Below, piece by piece: positions 40,991-50,084 of a stretch of 64,000 bases of DNA; within the stretch, counting starts at the first letter, position 1, and each line of letters begins with the position of its first letter. This DNA is from a virus. The position numbers and the translations under genes are program-made. The notes beneath the pieces were generated by a model, which was not told the DNA's origin, did not search any database, and worked only from the letters and a program-made list of their open reading frames with translations. Where the stretch lies: IMG/VR virus record IMGVR_UViG_3300032282_003280, positions 27,275-91,274 of that record; one strand, 5' to 3'.

Positions 40991-42204
40991 TACATTACTT
41001 CTTTATAAATATCAGTTAATGAATTATTCTCCTCTATGAGGAATGCGGTCATCTCTGATTTAGTTGTGGTATACCCGTTTTGAGAATCCCACTTTGAAAC
41101 ACTTTTAGATAGAGCCGGTAACCTAAAAAACTTCATACCCCCAATATCTCTTGACAACTCACTATGCTTATCTCCTGTAAAAATTAGGAAGTTATCGCAC
41201 TCAGACCACTGATCCTTAAACTCTATAGGAAAGTTTTGGGCCAATTTTTCAGGCTTCATTACATCTCCATGATTAAAGGCCATTGCCGTATTTGAGTATT
41301 TTATATACTTTGTGTAGTCAGGTGATATATCAAATGACACATTCTTTTGATTCCTAAAGTATACCTGTAACCAACTTACCATATGCCATCCTACATACTC
41401 ATCATGATTACCCGGAATATAAAGTACTTCAAGTTCATCTGTGTACTCAAGAAGTTTGGTAATTATAGAGGCTTCATGTTGACAAATTAATTGAAAACCT
41501 AGTTGATATGGAAGTATATTTTGTTGGGGTGTAAACTTTACTGTGGCATTTGTCCATTCTGAGTTAAACTCATCAGAACCAATTATATATACTACCTTTT
41601 GGAGATTTGAGGATAAAGATGCCTTCTTAAGAATCTTTACCATTTTATGCTCTATAGAATCAAATCTGTCTGCAATATTATTCTCACCATTTATATCATA
41701 CTTATTAAGGTGAGAATCTTGTTTATTAAAAACCAGGCAGGTATTTGTAAATTCTATCTCTTTCTTTTGTTTCTTTATTTCAGGAGATGCCGGTTTATAT
41801 GTCTTTAGGAATTCTAAGAAGTCCTCCTTAAGGTTGATTGTGTCTTTCTTCTTCTCAGAGAAGAGGGCAGATACTTGGTAACCTTTGCCTTTTTGCTTTG
41901 ACCAATACTGGGATAGCTTCCATTTATTAAGATCTATCTTATGGTCATTTATAACATCTTCTACTGTAGGAGGTTTTTCATAGTAGTAGCTTATATTGTA
42001 GGTACCGTTATCAAAATTCATCTTCTCATAGTTAGAAGAATTATCTTTTTCCGGCCTTACATAGTGACCATCCTCCAGCCTTATTTCCTTATATAAAGAG
42101 ATTACCTCATCAACAGTAATTCCTATTTGAGAGGAATACCACTCAAAACTCTTCTTTCTTGGGATAAGATGCCTGAGATGATCCTTTTTAGTTTTAAAAC
42201 CCAT
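40990..42204 (-). CDS. Calcineurin-like metallophosphoesterase with N-terminal extension
   Basis: DSH, GSD, GNHD, HGD and GDKH motifs. Confidence 0.85.
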   Translation of the reverse strand: MGFKTKKDHLRHLIPRKKSFEWYSSQIGITVDEVISLYKEIRLEDGHYVRPEKDNSSNYEKMNFDNGTYNISYYYEKPPTVEDVINDHKIDLNKWKLSQYWSKQKGKGYQVSALFSEKKKDTINLKEDFLEFLKTYKPASPEIKKQKKEIEFTNTCLVFNKQDSHLNKYDINGENNIADRFDSIEHKMVKILKKASLSSNLQKVVYIIGSDEFNSEWTNATVKFTPQQNILPYQLGFQLICQHEASIITKLLEYTDELEVLYIPGNHDEYVGWHMVSWLQVYFRNQKNVSFDISPDYTKYIKYSNTAMAFNHGDVMKPEKLAQNFPIEFKDQWSECDNFLIFTGDKHSELSRDIGGMKFFRLPALSKSVSKWDSQNGYTTTKSEMTAFLIEENNSLTDIYKEVM

Positions 42205-42222
42205 TAGTATGTAGTTTAACTA

Positions 42223-42254
42223 CAAAGATAAATACTTTTTTCAATATAACCAAA
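42223..42254 (-). promoter_or_regulatory. Bacteroidota-type promoter
   Basis: TTTG-N20-TATCTTTG. Confidence 0.7.
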
Positions 42255-42319
42255 GATAAATAGCAAAATTTCGTTATTCAAAAGGTATTTTGAAAGATTT
42301 GTTATTAAAAATTATTAAA

Positions 42320-42349
42320 AACTAAAATAGCCCCTATACAGAGGCTATT
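42320..42349 (-). terminator. Rho-independent terminator after the holin candidate
   Basis: AATAGCC/GGCTATT stem followed by a T-rich tract on the minus strand. Confidence 0.55.
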
Positions 42350-42365
42350 AAAAATTCATATCTTT

Positions 42366-42596
42366 TTACTTATTAACAAGGTTATCATTAACTCCATCTG
42401 CCTTCTTATTAAAGTAATAACCGGCTACAAAACCTGCTAATCCATACATATTACCTACAATTAAGATAGCAAGGTCTTTATCTGCCACCTTACAACATAA
42501 TGAAATACTTGATATAACAATAAGACCAACTATAATAAGAAGAGCTATAATAGAACCTATTGAAGCTTTTGAGAAGTTGAATAGTAAATTCTTCAT
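42366..42596 (-). CDS. Holin-like small membrane protein
   Basis: 76 aa; two hydrophobic helices; GYYF motif and a charged tail. Confidence 0.55.
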   Translation of the reverse strand: MKNLLFNFSKASIGSIIALLIIVGLIVISSISLCCKVADKDLAILIVGNMYGLAGFVAGYYFNKKADGVNDNLVNK

Positions 42597-42603
42597 ATAT
42601 TAT

Positions 42604-42732
42604 TTATTTACCTTGTCTACGATATTTAGATACTGCTTTGTCTTTTGGTCCTGCAAACTTTTTATACCTACGACCTTTGCGTTTACCAAAGGTTACTTTT
42701 AATTTCTCAGAAGAGGATTTAACTTTTGCCAT
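42604..42732 (-). CDS. 42-aa very basic peptide; not in the ORF track
   Basis: MAKVKSSSEKLKVTFGKRKGRRYKKFAGPKDKAVSKYRRQGK; A-rich leader. Confidence 0.65.
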   Translation of the reverse strand: MAKVKSSSEKLKVTFGKRKGRRYKKFAGPKDKAVSKYRRQGK

Positions 42733-42758
42733 TTATTAAATTTTATTTATATGAGAGT

Positions 42759-42786
42759 AAAAAGGAAGGGGGAATAATCCCCCTTC
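42759..42786 (-). terminator. Rho-independent terminator
   Basis: GAAGGGGA...CCCCTTC stem followed by CTTTTT on the minus strand. Confidence 0.6.
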
Positions 42787-42836
42787 AAGTCCCCAATCAA
42801 TGAGTAAAACCAACAAAACTCATGAAGGGGTAAGTG

Positions 42837-44567
42837 TTATGACGATAAGGTGACTTTTACAACAAACTGTGTAACACCTGTACCATATATAAATGGATTA
42901 ATAGAAATTGTAGCACCGGCACCTAATGTACCTGATTGAGAAGAAGAACCTGGTACAGTAGCACCTAAAGTATCTTGCACCTCTACAGTATAGTTAGTAC
43001 CTGCAGCATTATTATTAGTAAGGCTAAATGCTCCTTGAAGAGTTGTGTTTGGTGAAGTTACTGTATACCAACCTGTATCAAATGTTACATCATCTAGTAC
43101 TGTATTAGCATTGTAGAATGTAGCAGTTGGACTAATCTGAGTAAGAGTAATTGTATTATCCTGAGGATCTCCTGAAGCAACAATTCTTAACATTACTTGC
43201 TTAGGATTATTACTAGCACAAGGTTGACAATCACAAACCATAGCACAGAATGCAGCAGATAAGGTTGGGTCTGATTGAATTGCATCAAGGAGATTAGTTG
43301 CTAAATTTGTATAATTTATAGATGGGGTAAGATCTACCTTCTCAGTACCTGAGTTATAAGATTCTGTAATAGTTATAGAAGATGTAATATCACTTTGACC
43401 TTCTACCTTATCTATTAAATAACCAGCAGAAGCATCACCTGCATCAGCCTTAACTAATTTATCTTCGGCAGTACAATCAATAATTACAGTACCTGGGGCA
43501 GTAATAGTGTCAAATGACATATTAGTGCCAGCAGTCATCTTATTAAGAAGATAATCAGGGTTTGTATCTCCTGAATTAAGTGCAACAAACTTATCAGTTA
43601 TTCCAAGTGAGGGGTTTAACTCAAGGTATATACCTGAGCAAGGATCTCCTGGAGTATAATATGATGTAGTAAATTGAGTAGTATCAAATGCTACTATCCT
43701 TTGTTGATAAGTTGTATTTAAGTATGATAATATAGTATTGAATACAGAGTATAAATCTGCACCTCCTCCAGGATTAGGGTTAGTTATACATGATGTATAA
43801 GTTACATCATCTATATCAAATGTAGGAGAGGTACAAGCTAAATCCCTAATCTTAACTACAGTATCATATAAAGAATCAGTTGTAGTAACCGGAGCTGCTA
43901 AACAAGAGCCAACATTATTAAATGTAGGTAATACTGTTATAGTACTAACTTGAGACTTAAGATCGCATATTTGATCAAGTACTATATTAAATGCATCTGT
44001 AATGTTTGTAGGTGCTGATATTACAGTATAGCATTGATTCCAGTTAGCTGATGAAGGGTCTATACTTGCATCTACTGTACATAAAGCATTAATGACCTTA
44101 GTTATAGCTTGATTTAAAGTATCAGAATTAACTATACCTAAACTAGTACATGATATAAAACCAGGATTGTTAATAGCATCTATCTGATTCTGTAAGTTAG
44201 TTATACCGCTTGTATAAGTTGTACTTGCAAAAACACTAAAATCAGTTGATAGGTCACAAACATATTGAGAGATTGTCTCTGCAAAAGTCTGAGCACTATT
44301 TATGGTCTCTATATCTGATAGACAATAATAATTAAAGTCTGCCCAGTTAGTTCCACCAAGTGCACCTATCGTAGCATCTATATTAGATAATATAGTCTGA
44401 AGATCAGTATTACTATAAGTAACTATGTTTAACAGGTTTGGTCCTGTATACAGAACATTCTGTGCATCTACCTGATTAGTAGAGCATGAACCTGGTGTAG
44501 TAGGACAACCTGGAAAACTATAGGTAAAATAGGTTGGTGTGTTTGAATTACAGTTATTACAACTCAT
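42837..44567 (-). CDS. Cys-rich fibrous structural protein (tail fibre/hub-like)
   Basis: 576 aa; repeated helix+Cys units; two (P/A)xYLxxK repeats; Ig-like C-terminus. Confidence 0.6.
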   Translation of the reverse strand: MSCNNCNSNTPTYFTYSFPGCPTTPGSCSTNQVDAQNVLYTGPNLLNIVTYSNTDLQTILSNIDATIGALGGTNWADFNYYCLSDIETINSAQTFAETISQYVCDLSTDFSVFASTTYTSGITNLQNQIDAINNPGFISCTSLGIVNSDTLNQAITKVINALCTVDASIDPSSANWNQCYTVISAPTNITDAFNIVLDQICDLKSQVSTITVLPTFNNVGSCLAAPVTTTDSLYDTVVKIRDLACTSPTFDIDDVTYTSCITNPNPGGGADLYSVFNTILSYLNTTYQQRIVAFDTTQFTTSYYTPGDPCSGIYLELNPSLGITDKFVALNSGDTNPDYLLNKMTAGTNMSFDTITAPGTVIIDCTAEDKLVKADAGDASAGYLIDKVEGQSDITSSITITESYNSGTEKVDLTPSINYTNLATNLLDAIQSDPTLSAAFCAMVCDCQPCASNNPKQVMLRIVASGDPQDNTITLTQISPTATFYNANTVLDDVTFDTGWYTVTSPNTTLQGAFSLTNNNAAGTNYTVEVQDTLGATVPGSSSQSGTLGAGATISINPFIYGTGVTQFVVKVTLSS

Positions 44568-44588
44568 CTATATATTGTTAATTTTTTA

Positions 44589-45704
44589 TTAGTAAGTTCT
44601 TACAATCCAGTAACCATAGATAGTAGGAGGCCTATTCTCGTGTTTTTGATTTCCACCAGTAGAACCTATTGATACATTAGCATAACCAGTACCTGTCTGA
44701 CTTGATTGATTATTTACCTGTGATGTATAATTACTGGTATTACTTCCTCCTGCTGGTTGGAATGCTCCTCCAGTATTGGTACTGTGAGTGTGGCCTGAGT
44801 CTGAGGCACTGTGATTATGAGAAGGCATTTGAGGTACAGTAAGTTGTACTTTATAATCACCTTTTCTATCTAAAATTGCAGTATTTATATCAGGATCATT
44901 TTGTGCAGTAGGATTAACTTGATATATAAGAGTGTTACCATTTATACCAGGCAATGAAGTTGCTCCGGCTGCTGTGTAACCTCTCATATCAGGGGTATTA
45001 TTAAAACCATTACATATATACCACCCATCCATATAAGTTCCTGGGATACCCTTACCTGAACTATCAAAGTTAGACAAAGGAGCATAACTCCACTGAGGGG
45101 TAAATAATGGTACAAATCCTACAATCTGAACCGATGTACTAGAACCGCTACCTGTAACTATAGTTCCTTTATTTTGATTTGACCATATATGTGTTCCTAT
45201 ATAGTTACCTACACGATTATCAATAGTTTGTGCAAGATTTCCATTTTCTAGTTGAGAAGTAAGATTATCTACTTGAGACTTAAGATCGCATACTTCATTA
45301 ACTACAGCTTGTAATAATGATTCTGTTGTATAAGTCCCGGGAGCTAAGCACTTAGGATCATAATTATATGGAGTATTTATCTGAGTAGTTAAATTATCTA
45401 CAAGTTGCTTTAATGTACAATTAGAGTCAAACAATACCTGAAGGAGTACATCTAAAGTTTTATCTTTTCCTATAAGCTGTTGTGACATAAATGTACAACC
45501 CGGTGTAATAGAAGACAATTCTATACCAGTGCCATCAGTAATAGTTAATAACTTAGTAATCACTGCAGTTTCTACTTCAGTAAGAGTATCACCGGTACAT
45601 ATCCCTAACAAAGGAACTGCCTCACCTTGCCATATAGTACAATTAGAAGTAGTAACTATTGGACAAATATTTTTTAAAGAACTATTAGTACAGCCTGAGC
45701 CCAT
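44589..45704 (-). CDS. Tail fibre protein with a phage tail-collar domain
   Basis: GWYICNGFNNTPDMRG, LTVPQMPSHNH and GGNQKHENRPP motifs. Confidence 0.8.
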   Translation of the reverse strand: MGSGCTNSSLKNICPIVTTSNCTIWQGEAVPLLGICTGDTLTEVETAVITKLLTITDGTGIELSSITPGCTFMSQQLIGKDKTLDVLLQVLFDSNCTLKQLVDNLTTQINTPYNYDPKCLAPGTYTTESLLQAVVNEVCDLKSQVDNLTSQLENGNLAQTIDNRVGNYIGTHIWSNQNKGTIVTGSGSSTSVQIVGFVPLFTPQWSYAPLSNFDSSGKGIPGTYMDGWYICNGFNNTPDMRGYTAAGATSLPGINGNTLIYQVNPTAQNDPDINTAILDRKGDYKVQLTVPQMPSHNHSASDSGHTHSTNTGGAFQPAGGSNTSNYTSQVNNQSSQTGTGYANVSIGSTGGNQKHENRPPTIYGYWIVRTY

Positions 45705-45705
45705 A

Positions 45706-45978
45706 TTAACAAAGAGAATTAGTTAGTTTGCGAATTTTTGAGATAACCTGATTTACATTTACATCACACATCCAATCTGCATTATTTACAACACTTCTTA
45801 GTATATCTTTATATACTATAATGTCTTCATAAGCATCATAATTGATATTTGTATTAAAACCAAATCTTATATTATTGAGTTGTTCAAGACCATATTGTGC
45901 AATCTTTTTGTCTATTACCTCAAAAAGATCACACAACGGAGTCTTACAACTTTTTTCAACAGAAGGGTTTATAAACAT
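45706..45978 (-). CDS. Small structural-module protein
   Basis: 90 aa, tightly packed in the operon. Confidence 0.6.
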   Translation of the reverse strand: MFINPSVEKSCKTPLCDLFEVIDKKIAQYGLEQLNNIRFGFNTNINYDAYEDIIVYKDILRSVVNNADWMCDVNVNQVISKIRKLTNSLC

Positions 45979-46091
45979 TAATTAGGTTTGACTTTTGTTT
46001 TACCATAACAGCTTGGACATAAACCGTTGGTAGTTTGACATTGCTTGATTGATTTTCCACAACCTTTACATTTTACTTGACCGCAGCCCAT
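45978..46091 (-). CDS. 37-aa CxxC...CxxC zinc-finger peptide; not in the ORF track
   Basis: MGCGQVKCKGCGKSIKQCQTTNGLCPSCYGKTKVKPN; TAATG coupling to the next gene. Confidence 0.65.
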   Translation of the reverse strand: MGCGQVKCKGCGKSIKQCQTTNGLCPSCYGKTKVKPN

Positions 46092-46104
46092 ATATTTGGT
46101 TTTA

Positions 46105-46632
46105 TTAGTTACATTCGCAAGGTTTGATCTTATCTAATAATGACCATGCTTTTGTATACATATCCATTGCTGAGATAATATCACACTGATTTGCTGCTGC
46201 AACACTGCCGTCTATTAACAATCGTATATTACGAAGTTGTTCTTTAAATCTTGATCTTAAAGTACCATTACACTCACAAGAAGCATCTACTGATAAAAAT
46301 ATTCTCTCATACTTAGCTACTATTTGAGCTATGCGCATGAAAGATTTCTCTACCCAAGTTGTAGCATTTGGTGCTACAGAGTACTTCATTGTGTACACTC
46401 CATCAGGGAGTGGCATTGGTTCTAAGCCACAAGCTATATTAAAATGATCAGCAGTGTATATATTTACAGCACGAGGAGTAAATACAACATTTACTTTATT
46501 CCATCCTCCCGGAGGAGTAATTTCCATTGATACATTTGTAGGTGCTACTGCATAATTACTCAAATCTATAACTCCTAGAGAAGTTACAGCATATGTATCT
46601 AATAAAGTAAAATCTAAACTTGTAGTAGCCAT
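46105..46632 (-). CDS. crAss-type capsid vertex / structural protein
   Basis: 175 aa, LPDGVYTMKYSVAP; Cys-rich end (KPCECN). Confidence 0.55.
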   Translation of the reverse strand: MATTSLDFTLLDTYAVTSLGVIDLSNYAVAPTNVSMEITPPGGWNKVNVVFTPRAVNIYTADHFNIACGLEPMPLPDGVYTMKYSVAPNATTWVEKSFMRIAQIVAKYERIFLSVDASCECNGTLRSRFKEQLRNIRLLIDGSVAAANQCDIISAMDMYTKAWSLLDKIKPCECN

Positions 46633-47162
46633 TAATCTTTAAATTGAAATGAATTATTTCTAGCAAGCCATCCTTTTAAGAATACTTGTTGAGAAGAGTC
46701 TGTTCTAACTATTGCATAATAAAAATCTTCTCTACTTTTCTTTAGTGTGGTAAATAGTTTTGCTGAATCAATAGCATTTATTGCCTGAATTGTAGCAGGA
46801 CCTATTACCCCATCTGATTTTATACTTGGAGGTAAAAGTTGTTGAACTTTTTTTACAGCTTTTGCTGGCCCAGAGTTATAGCCCCAATCAAACAAAAACT
46901 CAGCTATAGACTGAGAATTTATTTTGTCTCCACCAACCTTATCCCAATATAATTTTTTAGCTAATTTTTTTACATCATCCTTGGTAATCTTCTTAAGATC
47001 CTGGATGTCTATGTCACCATCACCATCTTTATCATAACCAACTCTTATCCATGTTTCCAGCGTAACACCCATATTAGTGGCACCACCTCTGTCATATTGG
47101 TTATCCACAAAACCTCCTTCATGTCTGAGGAGTACATCGAAGTACTTATCGAAGTTTGCCAT
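46632..47162 (-). CDS. Endolysin, GH108 lysozyme with a peptidoglycan-binding domain
   Basis: HEGGFVD...DRGGATNMGVT; DGVIGPAT; FLKGWLAR. Confidence 0.9.
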   Translation of the reverse strand: MANFDKYFDVLLRHEGGFVDNQYDRGGATNMGVTLETWIRVGYDKDGDGDIDIQDLKKITKDDVKKLAKKLYWDKVGGDKINSQSIAEFLFDWGYNSGPAKAVKKVQQLLPPSIKSDGVIGPATIQAINAIDSAKLFTTLKKSREDFYYAIVRTDSSQQVFLKGWLARNNSFQFKD

Positions 47163-47172
47163 TTTTTCATTG

Positions 47173-47219
47173 AAAGAAAAAAGAGGAAGGAAGTATCTGT
47201 TTCCAGGCTCCCTTCCTCT
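47173..47219 (-). terminator. Rho-independent terminator after the auxiliary capsid gene
   Basis: AGAGGAAGG/CCTTCCTCT stem followed by TTTTTCTTT. Confidence 0.6.
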
Positions 47220-47244
47220 ATGGGTTTAAAGTTAAATTATTAAA

Positions 47245-48324
47245 TTAAGGTAGTGTAGTAGTAGTAGTAGTAAATACCTCAGGGCTTTCGTCAGTTGGAG
47301 AACCAAAGAATGCAATTACTACATCTATAAAGTTAGTATTACTAGAACTTTGAGGAACTGCTAAGATTACACGATAGTTTTGCTTAACACTTGGGTTCCA
47401 AGCCTCATCTACTGGGGATGTAAACTCAAGATAGAAAGTATCATAAACCTCGTTAGGTTCTACTAGAGATACGAAGCCATTGTTCCAGATATCCCATTTG
47501 AACAGATGCTTAGCAATTGGTGGTACACGATAGCTATGGTAATCCTTCTCCAATTTAGCAATCTCTGCAGACAAACCTATTGGGTAACTACGTTCTTGAA
47601 CTGTAGTAACAGTTGCAAAAGGATCACAGTTATTCCATACATTATAGTCTTGAGTAGTCTCAGGACCTTTGTAAGCCCATGCCCAGAATTTAATCTGATC
47701 ATATTGGTAAGGAAAAGCTGAAGGATCACAACGAGTAGGATCTGGAGCTATTGGAAGAGCATTAATTCGTAAGAAATAACCTCCCATAGTAGGCATTTTT
47801 TCAGCTACTAAGAATTGATTAACCAGAATATCAGCATTAATTTTAGCTACATATGCATCTATCAAAGCCTCTGTATCAACAGTATCACAAGGATCATCAC
47901 CACAATCACAACAAGGAGTTGTAATAGTCCATGAACGAGTTAAACCATTGAAGAAACCTGTGTTTGCATAGAATGACCTAATACGTACAGAGATAGTAAC
48001 ATCTTCACTACATTTAGCAGCAAAATCTGTGATATCTATAATCTGATCAACAACAGATGCATTACCGGCAACTGCGTACCAATTAACTACATTTTTCTTA
48101 TAAATCTTATCAGAACGTACTGAACCTACACCTGGCATAGTAGGTTCTTCATTACCTTGACATATATAAACATAAGGAATGTTAGTCAAGTTACCTGTAG
48201 TTGCAATTGAGTAGTCAGGGCGAAATACACCAATCTGACCAGCCGACAAATTGTCTGTGCTACCTGTTGTAGGGTAAACATTAGTACTTGGTACTACAAA
48301 GAGTAAAGTAGGAGCAAAATCCAT
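47245..48324 (-). CDS. Auxiliary capsid (decoration) protein with a C-terminal TTTTTTLP tag
   Basis: 359 aa; crAss synteny downstream of the MCP; codon style of a highly expressed gene; followed by a terminator. Confidence 0.65.
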   Translation of the reverse strand: MDFAPTLLFVVPSTNVYPTTGSTDNLSAGQIGVFRPDYSIATTGNLTNIPYVYICQGNEEPTMPGVGSVRSDKIYKKNVVNWYAVAGNASVVDQIIDITDFAAKCSEDVTISVRIRSFYANTGFFNGLTRSWTITTPCCDCGDDPCDTVDTEALIDAYVAKINADILVNQFLVAEKMPTMGGYFLRINALPIAPDPTRCDPSAFPYQYDQIKFWAWAYKGPETTQDYNVWNNCDPFATVTTVQERSYPIGLSAEIAKLEKDYHSYRVPPIAKHLFKWDIWNNGFVSLVEPNEVYDTFYLEFTSPVDEAWNPSVKQNYRVILAVPQSSSNTNFIDVVIAFFGSPTDESPEVFTTTTTTLP

Positions 48325-48355
48325 TTTATTTTCGGAATTTTAAGTATTAAATAAT

Positions 48356-49078
48356 TTATTCGTTAATTTTATTCTTAAGAGCACCAAACTCAACTTGAGG
48401 AGTGTTCTCTGTTTCCATTGCAAGTTCAAGGACTGTTAAGTCTAAAAGCTCATCTGCCAGATAATCAGGCAATTCACTATCTTGAGTTGTAGAAGGGGTT
48501 CCATCAAACTTTATATATCCCTCATAATCAATCAGTTGTGGGTATCTAATATATGACAAACTAATATTGTCAACATTAAAGGTTCCATCAGTATATACTG
48601 TAATCTTATTATCAGATATAACAGCTATACTCTCTTGATACTCAAATGAAGGTATGTAGTTCTTATTGCCCATATAAGTGGACAAATCACCGTGCTTAAT
48701 TATCTTTGAGATATACAGAGGTCTTCCGGAACATTGACCTTTAGTACATAGAGCAAAAAGGTCAAGGGGTAACATGTATTTCTCCTTTAGGAGATTTAAG
48801 TTTCCACTAAAGGAACTGTAAGCACCATTTGATGTATTTACTACAGATAGTTGTTCAAAAGTTTCAACCAAAACCTGTAGGTCTTCATATCTTTTCTTAA
48901 AGGAGTCTAAGCCTAAGTTATAATTATTATTAGTACTTATCTTCCTTTTTATAAGTTTTATTTGAGCTTCATTGAGAGCTAAGATTTTGTCTTCCAGAGG
49001 TATATTTTGATGCTCTGATGACACTTTCTTATTTAGCTTCATGTCAATCTTATAGAGCAAATCTTTTACTGGAATCAT
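48356..49078 (-). CDS. Head-tail ring protein (crAss-type)
   Basis: 240 aa, LNEAQ...YIRYP...SELP. Confidence 0.7.
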   Translation of the reverse strand: MIPVKDLLYKIDMKLNKKVSSEHQNIPLEDKILALNEAQIKLIKRKISTNNNYNLGLDSFKKRYEDLQVLVETFEQLSVVNTSNGAYSSFSGNLNLLKEKYMLPLDLFALCTKGQCSGRPLYISKIIKHGDLSTYMGNKNYIPSFEYQESIAVISDNKITVYTDGTFNVDNISLSYIRYPQLIDYEGYIKFDGTPSTTQDSELPDYLADELLDLTVLELAMETENTPQVEFGALKNKINE

Positions 49079-49079
49079 C

Positions 49080-50054
49080 TTAAACCTCCATTAACTGTTT
49101 AGCTTTTATTCTTTCTTCAAGGGCAAGGTATTCATCTTGATTTTTAGGATCAATCAGATACTCTAAAGCAGCATCTTCATTAACACCTATCTTAACATCC
49201 CCATCATATACAGCACTTTTATTCTTACGATATACATTAAGCAGCAAAGCTCTTTTAATAATGTACTTCATACTTAAGGTTTCATCTGAAACTTTGGCTA
49301 TGGCATTGAAGAGATTTATATTTGTCTTATCTCCTTTTGCGCTCTCCTGTATGAAGTTATCAAGAGCATTGTAAATCATCTCAGGTTTAGAGTTCGAAGT
49401 TACTGGAAGACCTAACAATATAGCAACTTTTAATTGCTTTGTAGGATTCATATCTAATAATTCAGCAATTGCTTTATTAATTAAAGTTTTTTGCTCATAT
49501 ATTATACCTGATTCAAACTCCTCATCTTTAACATAATATGTACACTGAGAAGGAATTGGACAACGTGGTGTCTTTATACCTTTCTGCCATGTATTGTATG
49601 AAGGAGCTATTGTAGGATAAACTCGTAACCAATGATAAGTTATTGATTCAAATGCATCTGAGAGATTAAACTTATTATCATCATCTATCAGTTTGATCAT
49701 TCTAGCCCTCTCATTAGTGTTATACAAATCGACATTCATCATATCTGTATAAAAATCACTCTTAGGACTTAAGTTTAATCCGGTAGCTAATTCTAATTCC
49801 TCCTTTATAGCAGTTACATATGCTCGCTCTTTAGCTGCTTCACTTGGAGAAATCTTCGCCATTTGACGAATATAAAGTGCATCAGGATCTAAACCATTTC
49901 TATAAGTACCATCCTTCTCTTTATAAGGAAATAGTGTGATACCACAAGTAGGCCATTTTGTTAGACCTTCTCTAGATAATGAAGCTGATAACGTATAGCC
50001 TTGTTGAGAGCTATGTTGCTTTTTGATAGGAGAAATTATACCTATTTTGCCCAT
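49080..50054 (-). CDS. Conserved crAss-like protein downstream of the MCP (gene-75-like)
   Basis: 324 aa; synteny; PTIAPS, YLIDPKNQD. Confidence 0.65.
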   Translation of the reverse strand: MGKIGIISPIKKQHSSQQGYTLSASLSREGLTKWPTCGITLFPYKEKDGTYRNGLDPDALYIRQMAKISPSEAAKERAYVTAIKEELELATGLNLSPKSDFYTDMMNVDLYNTNERARMIKLIDDDNKFNLSDAFESITYHWLRVYPTIAPSYNTWQKGIKTPRCPIPSQCTYYVKDEEFESGIIYEQKTLINKAIAELLDMNPTKQLKVAILLGLPVTSNSKPEMIYNALDNFIQESAKGDKTNINLFNAIAKVSDETLSMKYIIKRALLLNVYRKNKSAVYDGDVKIGVNEDAALEYLIDPKNQDEYLALEERIKAKQLMEV

Positions 50055-50084
50055 GTTGTAATTATTATTTTATTTGGTTTTATA

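Noticed and set aside
46990-47045. EF-hand-like DKDGDGDIDIQD loop in the endolysin as a novelty (approx. 46990-47045)
   Set aside because: As I recall, this loop is common in Bacteroidota GH108 lysozymes, so it is not distinctive.
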